Translations under genes and position numbers: made by a program | Notes under the pieces: model-generated | Told to the model about the DNA's origin: nothing | What the model saw: only the letters and a program-made list of their open reading frames with translations | The model's database searches: none | Source: Camelus ferus | Taxonomy: Eukaryota | Direction: 5' to 3' | NCBI RefSeq assembly: GCF_009834535.1 | Contig: NC_045697.1 | Span: forward strand, 106,332,001-106,396,000 | DNA length: 64,000 nucleotides | Shown: positions 13,350-26,096 of the stretch, in pieces | How positions within the stretch are numbered: the first letter of the stretch is position 1 | How the letters are laid out: each line of letters begins with the position of its first letter

Positions 13350-13655
13350 TAAGACTGTGCCGTAGGTATGGTAATATGTGGCCATGAGCAGGTGGAATGT
13401 GGCTAGTAGGAACAGTATGAATTGAGATGTGCTGTACATTAAATTACACATCAGATTTCAAAGAAAAAAAGGATGTAAAATATGTCAATATTTCATATTG
13501 ATTATATACTGAAATGTAAATTTTGTATATATGTTTTAGGTTCAATAAAAAGTTGTTTAAAATTTATTTTATCTGCTTCTCTTGTTTAATGTGGCTGCTA
13601 GAAAATTTTAAATTATAAGTGTTTCATAGTTTATTTCTATTGTGCATCACTGGCC
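13350..13655. mobile_element. hAT-Charlie relic, MER33/MER3-like
   Basis: aatgtggctagt...tgagatgtgctgta...tttaatgtggctgctagaaaattttaaatta. Confidence 0.7.
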
Positions 13656-13964
13656 TAAAGATGTCCTCTCAATCTTACTTCGGGATATATAAATGAATTA
13701 CCTATCTGTAATTTTTAAATTACAGGTTATATTTCAAGAGTATTTTGAATAAGAAATTTCACATTTGAATAAGTTATATGTCAAGATCAAGTTTGAATAA
13801 GAAATAGCTATAATTCACTGTGGAATTAATCTTCCTCCCACCATCAATATTTATTGACTATATATTCAATCTCCCTTGAAATTTTAAAATTTTGTTTAAC
13901 TAAAATTAGCTAAAGCTTGTTGGTTTCCTTTTCCTGACAGAATGTACAGTGAACAGATAAATAC

Positions 13965-14138
13965 CTGGATTAATGACACAGGTAATTCTTATAATGTATT
14001 GAAACAGTTTTTTTAACATCCCACAAATATCTCTTGGAGATTTGTTGAACATTTTTAATATCATGGCACACATTTCTCTCAGCTTGAAACAATTTGATTC
14101 TTTAGAATTTGGTACATTAAAAATATTTTCACATTTTC
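13965..14138 (-). pseudogene. Candidate exon, 174 nt
   Basis: catcttctttag|GAAAAT...ATCCAG|gtattt. The phase-0 frame ENVKIFLMYQILK...ELPVSLIQ has several stops; the phase-1 frame (ORF 13906-14181) is open. Confidence 0.55.
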
Positions 14139-15318
14139 CTAAAGAAGATGAGGCAAGATGTGTTTGTAGACAATAAAACACTGTGTTTTCATGAAATGTC
14201 TATTAACGTGAGCAGTGGGGAATCATACAAGAAAGCTATCTTTCCTATTATATTGTTACATACTGAAAAAGCAATACAACCTAATTTATAATTCAACATA
14301 AATGCTAACACTCTAAAATTGTATTGTATGCAATAATATCACTGATAAACTTATGATTCGCTGAAAATGTAATTTTAAAAAAAGTACAGCAGTAAGAAAT
14401 ACCAAATTTAGACTGCATAGGATAAGCTGGACCAAAACTTTCAAAAATCATACAAATTTACATAAGCTTGTAGTTCATAACATTATACATAGCACAAAAT
14501 ACTCATTTTATATGCCCATCCTATATTGAGTCACTCTTTTGCCTTGAAATATAGCCTTAAAATATCCCAAATTTATACTTACAGAGCAAAATACTCATTG
14601 ATACATATAAGAAAGTATGAACATAAAGCAAAACAATAAAATGGAACAAGAACTGAGAATCAGAAGCCTTATACTTCTGAGACTTGAGCTAGCTGCAAGT
14701 GTCTTGATAGATGGGAAAAGTTAGACTGGCCATTCCTGAAAATCCCATTAGAATTAAGGAGACAACATATAAAAAGAAACTTATTACTAGTATATCATTA
14801 TATTAAACATAAATTTATTCTATCATTTTAATATAAACATGTACCCTTCAATTAATGTTTTGAGTAAGCTATTGTGACAAAAAGTAATAAAAATATTTTA
14901 AGTATCCTAATTTAGCTTTTTCAAATCATTTTTTAATCACCTTGATATAAAATAATAACTGAAATTACACCAATAAATGAAAGTATTTATGAGGAGGTAT
15001 TTAATGATTACAGTAGACTATTAAGAAATAAGTAACCACAGAGTTAAAAGGGTAAATATTATCAGTCTAAATGTACAACTACCTCCCACTCCACCTGCTG
15101 TGATATAGTAGAATTCCACATAAAATAATATATTTAGAGATTTTAATATTTTAGATTTTGTTATTCTGAAAAATCTATTTTCCTCTTCTACAATAAGTTG
15201 AGACTTCCTCCCTCCCTCCCTCCCTCCCTCCCACCCTGTCTTCCTTCAGCTGCCTTCATACAGTGTCGGAAGGCAAGAACAAAGAACATGTTTTTCCTCC
15301 TCCTCCTCTGATACAGAG

Positions 15319-15709
15319 TGCTATGACCTGAACTGTGCCCATCCCTCCAAATACAAATGATGAAGCCCTGCCCACCAATGTGATGGTATTTAGAGATGGT
15401 GCCTTCTGGAGATAATTAAGTTTAGATGAGATCATGAGGGTGGAGACCTCATGATGGGATTAACATACTTACAGAAAGAGACCAGAGACCTCTCTCTCTC
15501 TTTGAATGTATGGTCTGAGAATAGGGCATGTGAGAAAACAGCTAGAAGGCTGCTGTCTATAAGCCAGAAAGAGACCTTCCCTCACATCCCACTCATGCTG
15601 GCACCCTGATTTTAGACTTCCAGCCTCCAGAACTGTGAGAAAATACGTCTGTTGTTTAAGTAACCCAGTCCATAGTAATTCATTATGACAACCCAAGCAG
15701 ATCAATACA
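15319..15709 (+). mobile_element. MaLR solo LTR, MLT1A-like
   Basis: TG...CA; caatgtgatggtatt...ctcatgatgggatta...gacttccagcctccagaactgtgagaaaata. Confidence 0.85.
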
Positions 15710-17097
15710 TTGAATAAGCCCTGGTGGGGCAGGCAAATGAAGAAACTAGAGAGTCTACCACATGATACATGGGGAGAGTTTTCTTACAGTCACTGGGGAA
15801 AAACTGAAGTAGACATTTATGTCCAATTGATGAAAGGAAACTATTACATTAGACTTAACTAGCAAAAATGTTAAAATTTGTATAGCCACTAGGTTTTAAA
15901 AAAGAAGCAGAGGGAACAAAATTTGGAAGGAAATAAACCAAGCTGTTAATCACGGAGAGGATGGTGGCATTAATGGACAAGTTTTTTCTTTTCTCCATAT
16001 GTTCTTTAATATGATATGTTCTTTAACATGATTATATATATTTAATATGTATTATATGCATATGAAAGAAATGAAAACTAAAACTGCTATTGATTTTAAT
16101 ACAGTATGAGTCTAGTGGTAAGGGTTTTATTTATTTTAAGCTATCTTCACAGGGAACAAAAACAATTTATTAAGTATTTTTTGAAATCCCATATGTCTAC
16201 CACTTGAATGGCTATTTTTAAAGGAGGACTGATGTCCTCAAAAAACTCATCCATTTTATTGAAAGAAGATTACATCACACTAATTAGATAATAATACCAT
16301 ATATAACAGAATTTAGAAAATGCTCATTGTTTTGAGTAAATACTGAATCAATAACAAATATTAGAGTCCCAAATAAGGTGCTCAGTCAGAGCTGACCAAA
16401 ATGAAGATCAGGAAAATATAGCAATTCATGGAGTAGAAAGCAATATGCTATAGAGAAAATTGATAAAGCTAAAAGCTGGTTTAAAAAAAAAAGAAAACAA
16501 TAAAGTTGACTGGCTTTTAGCAAAACTGACCAAATAGAAAGAAGGAGAAAGGGAAGGAAAGAGAGAGAGAGAACCTAAATAATTAATATCAAATATTAAA
16601 AAGAAGACATCAGTACAAGTGTTACTATAGGCATCTTTATGGCAGTACTTTTGACAATCTAGATGTATCCCTATAAACATAACTTACTAAAACTGAAAGA
16701 TGATAAAAATAGTTTCATCAGTCTTACTTTAAAGACATTTAATCTATGATTTTAAAATTCCATATAAAGAAATGTCCAGGCCAGGTGGCTTCGCTAGTGA
16801 TTTACCACAACATTTTAGAAAAATATAGCACAATCTTACACAAATTCTTCCAGACAACACAAAAGAGGAAACAGTTTCCAACTTACTGTATAATGTCATC
16901 CATCACCTCAATACCAAATCCTGACAAGAGCATTATAAACAGGGAAAATCACAGACCATCCCTCATCAATATAAATGGGAAAACCCTCAACAGAATATTA
17001 ATAAATTGAATCCATGTTAGGTTTATTTCATAGTTGAAGATTAGTATAACATCTGAAAATCAGTAAGTACAATTCACTACATTAAAAGAACAAATGA

Positions 17098-18401
17098 AAA
17101 AATAAACTCAAAATGGATCAAAGACTTAAACATAAGACAAGATATAATAAACCCCCTAGAAGAAAATATAGGCAAAACATTATCTAACATACATCTCAAA
17201 AATGTTCTCCTAGGGCAGTCTACCTAAGCAATAGAAATAAAAGCAATAATAAACAAATGGGACCTAATTAAACTTACAAGCTTCTGCACAGCAAAGGAAA
17301 CCATAAGTAAAACAAAACGACAATCTATGGAATGGGAGAAAATTTTTGCAAATGATGAAACCGACAAAAGCTTGATCTCCAGAATATATAAGCAGCTCAT
17401 ATGACTTAAGAAGAAAAAAAACAAACAACCCAGTCCAAAAATGGGCAGAAGACCTAAACAAGCAATTCTCCAAGGAAGACATACAAATGATCAAAAGGCA
17501 CATGAAAAAGTGCTCCATATCACTAATTATCAGAGAAATGCAAACCAAAACTACAATGAGGTATCACCTCACACCAGTCAGAATGCCCATCATTCAAAAG
17601 TCCACAAATACCAAATGCTGGAGAGGCTGTAGAGAAAGGGAACCCTCCTACACTGCTGGTGGGAATGCAGTTTGGATGCAGCCACTGTGGAAAACAGTAT
17701 GGAGATTCCTCAAAAGACTAGGAATAAACTTACCATATGACCCAGGAATCCCTCTCCTGGGCATATATCCAGAAGGAACCCTACTTCAAAATGACACCTG
17801 CACCCCAATGTTCATCGCAGTACTATTTACAATACCAAGACATGGAAACAGCCTAAATGTCCATCAACAGCTGACTGGATAAAGAAGGTGTGGTATATTT
17901 ATACAATGGAATACTATTCAGCCATTAAAACCGACAACATAATGCCATTTGCAGCAACACAGTTGTCCCTAGAGAATGTCATTCTGAGTGAAGTAAGCCA
18001 GAAAGAGAAAGAAAAATACCATATGAGATCGCTCATATGTGAAATCTTAGAAAAAAAAAAAAAAAGAACATAAACACAAAACAGAAACAGACTTATAGAC
18101 ATAGAATACAAACTTGTGGTTGCCTAGGGGGAGGGAGGTGGGAAGGGATAGGCTGGAAGTTCAAAATTTGTAGATACTGACAGGCATATGTAGAATAGGT
18201 AAACAAGATTATATTGTATAGCACAGGAAAATATATACAAGATCTTGTGGTAGCTCACAGAGAAGAAAAAATGTGACAATGAAAACATATATGTTCATGT
18301 ATAACTGAAAAATTGTGCACTACACTGGAATTTGGCACAACATTGTAAAATGACTATGACTCAATAAAAAATGTTTAAAAAAAAAAAAACAAGCAAACAA
18401 G
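17098..18401 (+). mobile_element. Young 5'-truncated L1 (ORF2 C-terminus, 3'UTR, A tail)
   Basis: ORF 17487-17882 [15 protein letters not shown]...CWRGC is the L1 ORF2 cysteine-rich C-terminus; aataaa and A tail. Confidence 0.95.
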
Positions 18402-18416
18402 AAAAGGAACAAATGA

Positions 18417-19040
18417 GATTGCTTTGGGTAGTACAGCCATTTGATAATGTTGATTCTTCCAATCCAAGAGCACAAGATATCTTTCCATTTCTTTGTATCA
18501 TCTTCAATTTCCTTCATCAATGTTTTACAGTTTTCACAGCATAGGTAACCTTGGTTAAGCTTATTCCTAGGTATTTTGTTGTTTTTGATGCAGTGGAAAT
18601 GTTTATGCCAGTTATAAAATTCTGATTTCTGAAGTGGAAAAAAAAGTGAATGAAGGGCCACAAATGGCAAAATATCCTTCTTTCTTATGAGTGAGTTGTA
18701 TTCCATTACATATATATGCTGTATCTTCTTTATCCATTCATCTATTATGTGCACTTAAGATGCTTCCATATCTTGGCACTTATAAATAATGTTGCTGTTA
18801 ATAGTGGGGTATATGTATCTTTTAGAATTAATTCTTATTTTGTGGTTAGCTTTACTCCTTTGATAACTATGTAAGTTTAAAAAGCTAAAGCTCTATCTGT
18901 TCTTAGAAACAATGAACAGTACATATATGTAAATTTAAAAAATATGTGCAGTATATTGTGTATATGTATTTATGTGAATATATTGTATATGTGCAGTCAA
19001 ACTGTAACAATTCTACCTAATAAAACTGAAAAATGAAAAA
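18417..19040 (+). mobile_element. TSD-flanked polyadenylated insert containing antisense L1 fragments and non-L1-like 3' sequence
   Basis: Minus-strand L1 pieces about 18417-18600 and 18655-18835; AATAAA at 19019-19024 then an A-rich tail; flanked by aaa(g/a)gaacaaatg(a/c)ga. Confidence 0.6.
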
Positions 19041-20143
19041 AAAAGAACAAATGCGAAAAATCATATAAACACCTTAAGATGTAAAAAGACAACCATTTAA
19101 TAAAATTCAACACTGATTCATGATTAAAAAAACTTAGCAATCTAGGAACTTTTTAGTATAATGAGGAAATTTTATAACAAATACTAAAATATGTAACAAT
19201 TTCTTCTGAGATAAGAAATGAGACAATAAAGCTCCCCAACACTTCTATTTTACATTGTGTTAGGTAGTGTTAACTTATACAATAAGGTAAGAAAAAAATA
19301 AATAAAAGATTTATAATCAGAAGGAAAAAACAAAAAATGTCATCACTCATGGAGAACAAGATCGTGTATGCAGAAGGTCTAAAATGATCAACAGATAAAC
19401 CAGATAAACTACTAGAATTAGTAAGTTAATTTATAAAGGCCATAAAGATATAAGGTCCATGCAAAAAGTTCAACTGTATTTTTATATTCCAGAAAAGGGA
19501 GTGGGGGGGTGAAATAAAATTTTAAATACCATTTAAAATAGTATCAAAAACATTAAATGCATAGAAAGAAATCTTTTAAAAAATGCAGAAAACTAAAGTA
19601 TTATTGAGACAACTCTAAAAAGGCCTAAATAAAAGGAAGGATATTTCATGTCCACCTATATTTCATTTTAAAAAATTTCTAAGTTTTTCTCAACTCTTAA
19701 CCTACCAGGAGGTAGGTAAATCTAAGTAAATACTATCTTTATAAAATAATGATAATTATAGCATGGCTTGTGAGATTAAAGTTTAAAAAAAAGACAAAAT
19801 TGAAATAATGGACAATGATAGTATGAAAGTCAAAACAGAGGAAGAGAAAACCTAAAGTTCTTCATAGTCTTTTATTTATCCCAGAGAGGGTAACATTTTT
19901 AATACAATTTACTGTATTTAAATCAATACTATTTGTTTACCAAAGACACTTTAAAGAAAGTGAAACGAGTAGCCACAACAGAAGTAACAAAGGATTAGTA
20001 GTGAAAATTTACTACAACTCTTCCAAATCTGGGGTGGAAGCAAAGGGATAGGATTTGTAAGAGGCACAGTAGAAGATGATAGTTGCTGTCAATATTACAG
20101 TCTTTTGTCTGGGGGATGATTTTCTTTGTGTTCATTATAACAC

Positions 20144-20647
20144 AGAAAGGAAGAAAGGAAGAAAGGGAAGGGGGAAGGAAGGAAGGAAGGAAGGAAGGAA
20201 GGAGAGGAAGAGGAAGGAAGGAAGGAAGGGAAGGAAGGAAGGAAGGAAGGGAGGGAGGGAAAGAAAAAGAAAGAAAAAGAAAAGAAAAGGAAGGAAGAGG
20301 AAGGAAGGAAGGAAAGAAAGAAGAAAGAAAGAAAGAAGATTTTTTTAAGAAACGAAAGAAAGAAAGAAAGAAAGAAAGAAGAAAGAAAGGAAAGAAAGAA
20401 AGAAAGAAAAGGAGAAAGAAAAGAGAGAAAGAAAGAGAGAAAGAAGAGAGAAGAAAGGAAAAGAAAGAAAGAAAGAGGGAACAGAAAGATGGAAGAAAGA
20501 AAGAAGGAAGGAAAGGAAGAAAGGAAGGAAGAAAAGAAAAGGAAGAAAGAAAGAAAGGAAAGAAAGAAAGAAAGGAAGAAAGAAGAAGAAAGAAAGAAAG
20601 AAGAAAGAAAGAAAGAAAGAAAAGAAAAGGAAGAAAGAAAGAAAAAA
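20144..20647. repeat. About 500-bp polypurine (GGAA)n/(GAAA)n low-complexity tract
   Basis: Almost pure A/G on +, with one T run near 20340. Confidence 0.97.
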
Positions 20648-21244
20648 CAATTCAGGCAAAAATGAAGATAATGCATCATGAAACAAGGATTTCTATCAAT
20701 CTAATTCTAGATACCTGAGGCTGGACAACAAATAATGCATATATTAAAAAATGCAGATAGACAGACAGACAGATAGCTAGGAAGGAAGGGGGAGAGAAGT
20801 GATGCTAGTTTTTTGTGGGTTTTTTTTTTTTTAAGCTAGGAACGTCTAGGCCACCAGGAATAAACAACCCTAAAAACAAACTGCTATAAAGAGTATTAAA
20901 CCTCTTTGGGATCAGGCTTGCTTATATTTTCTGGTTTTATTATTTTTGTGCTTTCCTGGCAGATCAGCTGGGTTTTTTAAGTTACCTTTTTAATATTTAA
21001 CTAGTATTTTTAGGTGTTTTGCACCCAGAAATCTTTCCTTACATAATTGTTCACCATATCCTCAGAAATACACACACAGAGCTATATTTTTTCCAGCTGT
21101 AATTTTTTATTCAAAATGAAGACAGTATATTTGAATTCCACTGATAAAAGTATTTATTCTAATAAACCAGATAACTTTCCTCATAGTATAGAAAAAAATA
21201 AATATGAAAATTGGTAGCACTCTTTCTGTAAATAAAATAGCAGT

Positions 21245-22190
21245 ATCTTCATTCATCCAACAAAATACAATGAGCACGTCCAGGAATGATTCTGTGTCTA
21301 AGGGATTTAGTAATGAATTAATCACTATCTGCATTCATGAAGATTACATTCTAGCAGAAGGTGCAGACAAAACCAGAGAACTCAAATAGGCAATATGTCC
21401 TCAGGCCCTAAGTGTTAGAGATCAAAATAAAGCAGGATTGGTAAGTGGGACTGGGAGATATACTTGCTACTATAACAGGCTGGTCAGTGATGCCCTCACT
21501 GATTAGAAGGCATTCGGACAAAGCCTAGAACTGGTAAAGAAGTGATGCTGTGATGTCTAAGATAAAGAGCTTTCCTTACAGTGTACAGGGTTCCTGAGCT
21601 GGACATGCTAAGTTTGAAATGCCTATTAAAAACCCAGGCAGAAATGCTGATTAAGCATTTGAATGTTACCTGGAGTTGAGGAGAACAACCAGGCTGGACA
21701 TAAATTTGGAGTCATCTGCATATAAATGGCAGTTAAAGCTATGGATTGGATAAAATTATCAAGAGAATTAGTATAGCTAGAGAAAAATTCAAAAATTGAT
21801 CACCAGACCCATGAACACTAAGGACCCCCAGACTCCCAGTGGGAGTTTGAAAAAATGTTAAAGAGTTTAGAAGGTAGCCTGGTTGAGTTGTGGTACCCTT
21901 CAAAGTGAGATTTTGGAAATATTTCAAAGGTTCCTAGGCTATAACTATCAGAGTATATATATATATAAAGTATTACAGATGACAAAATCATTGGAGGAAA
22001 AGAGCTCAAGGAATCAAGAAGCCAGTGAGTTAGAGAGCTTATTTATCTGGATACCAAAATCAGAGTTATTACAAGACTAGTGCTAGAGAAAGTTACAAGA
22101 ATCCAGGGGCTAAATTCTTTAAGATATGAAAGAATGGATACAAATCAACAGGTTACTGTAGGCAGGAGAGGTAATAAAGGATATCATTTG
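21245..22190 (-). mobile_element. L2 fragments
   Basis: ttcattcatccaacaaaatac at the 3' end; taagtttgaaatgcctatta...aaatttggagtcatc. Confidence 0.55.
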
Positions 22191-22202
22191 ATAACATGAG
22201 AA

Positions 22203-22344
22203 GGGGGAGGGTATAGCTCAAGTAGCAGAGTGCATGCTTAGCATGCACAAAGTCCTGGGTTCAATCCCCAGCATCTCCTCTAAAAGTAAATAAATAAGTA
22301 AATAAACCTAATTACACCCCCCTCCCCAAAAAAAAACAATTAAA
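22203..22344 (+). mobile_element. tRNA-Ala-derived SINE (Vic-1-like), full length
   Basis: gggggagggtatagctcaagtagcagagtgcatgcttagcatgcac...gggttcaatcccc with A/B boxes; imperfect TSD tttgataacatgaga / ttcgatgacatgaga. Confidence 0.9.
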
Positions 22345-23184
22345 TTCGATGACATGAGATTCAAAGCTTGGAATTTTAGGAAAGAGGAAGGTGAATGATC
22401 TGGAAATAGCCTGAGAAATAAGGAAGTCAACCCCCACCTCCACTCCCAGAGATACAAGGCAAGAGAAAGAGAAGACCATCACCACTTGAGAGAGGAGCAG
22501 AGGAAGAAATGTCCTCAGGGTTGGAGACAGAGCACAGATTTCAACTAGACGAAGAAAGTGAAGGTGACACTTAGATGACGTTAAGGATTCAGGGTTTTTG
22601 CTAGTTACTGGCTAGCAGTTCAAGGAGAACAGTAAATGGGTTTCAGGGGTGGGAAGGGTTAGGGACTAAAGTCAGAAAAAAAGGCAAACAGAATTATGCA
22701 GAAAGTGGGGTTTTGATGATAAGAGGTGACTGGGAAGTCCTAAGTGTCTTGTGGAGACTGATGTAGACAGAATTAAAGGACGTACTTAGTTTATTCATTC
22801 CAAGAGTCTCAAGTCTGTGAACTTGGCAAGTAGAGAAAGCTTTAAAATCACCAGTGAAAGGGGTGCTTGAAGAATATCAGTTTAAGAATGACTTTCCAAA
22901 GTTATTGAAATAGGAGGGTAAACAGGCAGATTCAAGGTGTAGAACAGGATGCTAACAATGACAATGGTAAAAATAGGTGAATCCAGGAAAGGCCACCATG
23001 ATTGTGTTTGCACAATAACAATAAAACTCATTTCTGCTTGGTGCATTGATATGGTAAGTCAGTGTTATAATGAGATGTGTCTTGTGTTTCAAGTGACAAA
23101 TCTTTTAGGACAGGGTCAAAGTTGGACAAAAACATCAGACTCTCAAGTATATTATGCTTTACTACCTATACCTAGGGAATTATA

Positions 23185-23435
23185 GCTAATAATTACAGTT
23201 CAATTTTAGTAAGCACTAGGATGTATGTTATACAATTTACAAGCATTATCTAAAAATTCTTGGATAAGTATTGTTATTATCCCCCATTTAACCAATGAGG
23301 AAACTGAGTCAAGAGTGATGAAGTAACTTGCATGAGGTCTCCCAGCTAGAAACTGACAGAGCCAGAATTCTAACCTCATTAGAGTAGGTATAATAACTGC
23401 AGTGTCTTCACTCTTAATCACTGTGCTATACTGCT
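23185..23435 (-). mobile_element. MIR
   Basis: ttattatcccccatttaaccaatgaggaaactgagtc...aagtaacttgc. Confidence 0.8.
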
Positions 23436-24738
23436 TTTAAAGGCAAGGCTTCAAGCAGTATAAGATACATGCATTTATATATAATATTGTATATTATATT
23501 ATTATTATATATTGTAATATATGTCAAATGGATAGAAATCATGACTCTTCTTAATTCTTATGTTCTAATTTCCTTTCCTTTTTCCTTTAATAATAATTTA
23601 TTTACCCTAAAACAAAATCAGAAACTTTTAGAGCCCAGTAAATTACAATATACCCCAGAGAAAACCATAAGATCTATGTTCTCTCACAATTTAAGCAACA
23701 TTCTGTTATTAAAGAGATCTCAGTGACTGTTTCAGATATTCAGTGAAGCTGTAACTTTAGAGTTACAACAATACGTGGAGAAAAATCTTTTTTGTGCAAA
23801 TCTTTATAGACTATAGTCCTAAACTAAAAAATATGACAAGCTTAAAAAAATATTATTTTTCACCCAAGACACAAAGCAAGGACCACATCTAGGTTTTTCA
23901 AAGAGAAAATCAACATTTTTCACATTTTACTAATAGTTTACATAAAATAAGTTTCTGGACACAAGCCTTCAGATATTTTTGCCCTTATGAAAAAATATAT
24001 TGCAATTATAAAAGAGCAGTTTAGCTTAAACTAAAAAAATAAAACCAAACCACAACAGAACAGTGATGGAATCTCCATTCTTATTTGATTAAATATACTT
24101 TCATTTTAAGGAAAAAAAGAATAGCTGCTCTAGAGCATTTGGAAATAATTATTTTTGTTGCAATTTTTTACACTTTTAGCATGTTCAGCCTTTCAACTCC
24201 CCATGTTTATGAATACTGAAAGACATATCATAAAATGAATAATCTGCCCAACAATTTGGTTTTAAAACATCTAAGGTAAACTGCATAAAATTTTACTTAT
24301 TTTTGTGGTATCTGTGCAGTCTACATATAATCAGTATAAACAAGAACTGTAAAAGTGTACAGTGATATTTTTTACATGTTTGTATTCATTGCTGTTATTG
24401 TATTGGATTGTACTTTCCCAAATTCTTTTTTCTTTTAGCAGTTATCAAGTTTTAGCCTACTATGCAGAAGCAGACACACATATATATACAGAAATACATT
24501 CCATTTGAGTGGCTTCTCCTTTTAATTCATCTTCATTTATGCATTTCATTCATTTAACAATTTTTTATTAATGCCCAATACATGCCAGTAACTGTGATAA
24601 GTATAGGGATTCTTTAGCTTCCGTGAAGTTATGGTTCCTAGTAAGTATTCCAGATTTTTTTTGGCACAGATAGAACCTTTAGAAAATCTCAAAACACATC
24701 ACATAGGTGATTGCTCATTCTGCCAGCCTTTCACTCAC

Positions 24739-24858
24739 AATTTCACAATAATCTATAGCTAGTAATGGGGATTCTCTCGACAAACATTTTAGAAGAAAGG
24801 TCCTCCATCTTTTCTTTAGCACTAAACAAACAGCGGTCAAACCCCTGTAGAGTAGACT
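24739..24858 (-). pseudogene. Candidate exon, 120 nt, phase 0-0, open
   Basis: cttttcctatatacatag|AGTCTA...GAAATT|gtgagt; reads SLLYRGLTAVCLVLKKRWRTFLLKCLSRESPLLAIDYCEI. Confidence 0.65.
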
Positions 24859-25378
24859 CTATGTATATAGGAAAAGAAGAGTTACATTTCTATTTTCAGA
24901 CTAAAGCCTTGAGAATGACTGACCCCTTCAAAGGGCTGATATGTTCCTCCATAAGGGGAAGACACGTGATTTATCTCAGGTGGATGGCATTCAAAATAGA
25001 GGCTTTTATCAGCCCTTACGATGATCTTGAAACTCTAAATATCACACAATTAGCAGAATTTTCACTATGTGGCAGTTAAGGGCTGTAAATCTCAGCTTTC
25101 AGTGTTATCAGATTTCAAGATTGTTATCTATTAAAACTATTTCACCCACTGGACCCTATACCTTATGAGGAATTTTAGACAGCATTTACCTCTTCACATA
25201 AATATTTAATTCTAGACTCAGTTGAGGCCCATACATCATTCCACTACCCTGGGGTCTCAAATTATCTGATTAAGCATCAAAAGAATTTAAGGGATGGATC
25301 AATACAATAACCAAAAACTTTAAACAGACCTATTGCACATGTATGAGATTTTGACATTATATTCACAAATATTAATAC

Positions 25379-25443
25379 CTTGAGTGAATACTGGTTAGAT
25401 AAATATGTGTTTGATGACCCTCCAGTTGATGCTTGAATTCCTT
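25379..25443 (-). pseudogene. Candidate exon, 65 nt, phase 1-0, open
   Basis: attattatag|AAGGA...CTCAAG|gtatta; reads (E)GIQASTGGSSNTYLSNQYSLK. Confidence 0.6.
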
Positions 25444-26096
25444 CTATAATAATCCACACAAATAAAGGCTGGTAAAATTGTAGTTGGATACAGAAAATTT
25501 TTAAACAAGAGTGCTCTGAGAACCCAAGGAGGTGTTTATTCTGCAAATTTTCAAAAATTTATTTCAAAATCAACTGAAGCCTCACTCTACAAGTAGAGTT
25601 TTCTCTCAATGACAGCCTGAAGCTCAAGAACATGAGTAACAAGTTGAAAAGAAGGAAAACTACAAAAATAGTTTCTTTAAATCAATAGCCCCCTAGGTCT
25701 TCAAGTAGCTCACCAAGTTCCAGAGAGTTGCTCAATCTCACTTAAGGCATTTTAAAGGGTCATCTATATTTTCTTTTGAAGAATTACATATTTTTTAAAA
25801 AATAACTCAACTGTAGAGAAACTTTTAAAATTGTAAGAATTTATCCTTATAATTTCCTAAAACCATCAATATTTACACACATTAAAAAAATCCAATCTCT
25901 CAAGTTCAAATAAAGGAGCTGAAAATCAGTTAGTAGTAGTTGTTTCTGAAATCTCTAGCTTATGACACAGTATTTGAAATGAAATATAAAGGAAATGACT
26001 GTTCAATACTAGCTGTTTGACTTTGCATTTGAAATGAATACAAAACAATGAAAATCACGGTGTTGCTACCTACCACACTTGAGCAGTGAGACTCAC

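Larger units (their letters stand above)
16390..19660 (+). mobile_element. Old L1 ORF2 fragment split by two later insertions (17098-19040)
   Basis: ORF 16746-17009 is L1 ORF2-like (TILHKFFQ...RPSLININGKTLNRIL); the same element resumes at about 19055. Confidence 0.75.

Noticed and set aside
14090..14138. ENVKIFLMYQILK resembling a MAPK/CDK kinase helix
   Set aside because: No other kinase motifs (HRD, DFG, VAIK) follow.
20076..20718. ORFs of 90-211 aa rich in K/E/R or F/L/S
   Set aside because: Translations of the GA low-complexity tract.
22203..22278. tRNA-Ala gene
   Set aside because: Diverged head, SINE tail, TSD and multiple copies indicate a SINE.
23555..23607. Minus acceptor followed by VNKLLLKEKGKEIRT*
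   Set aside because: Phase does not match the upstream exon and it is too short to support.
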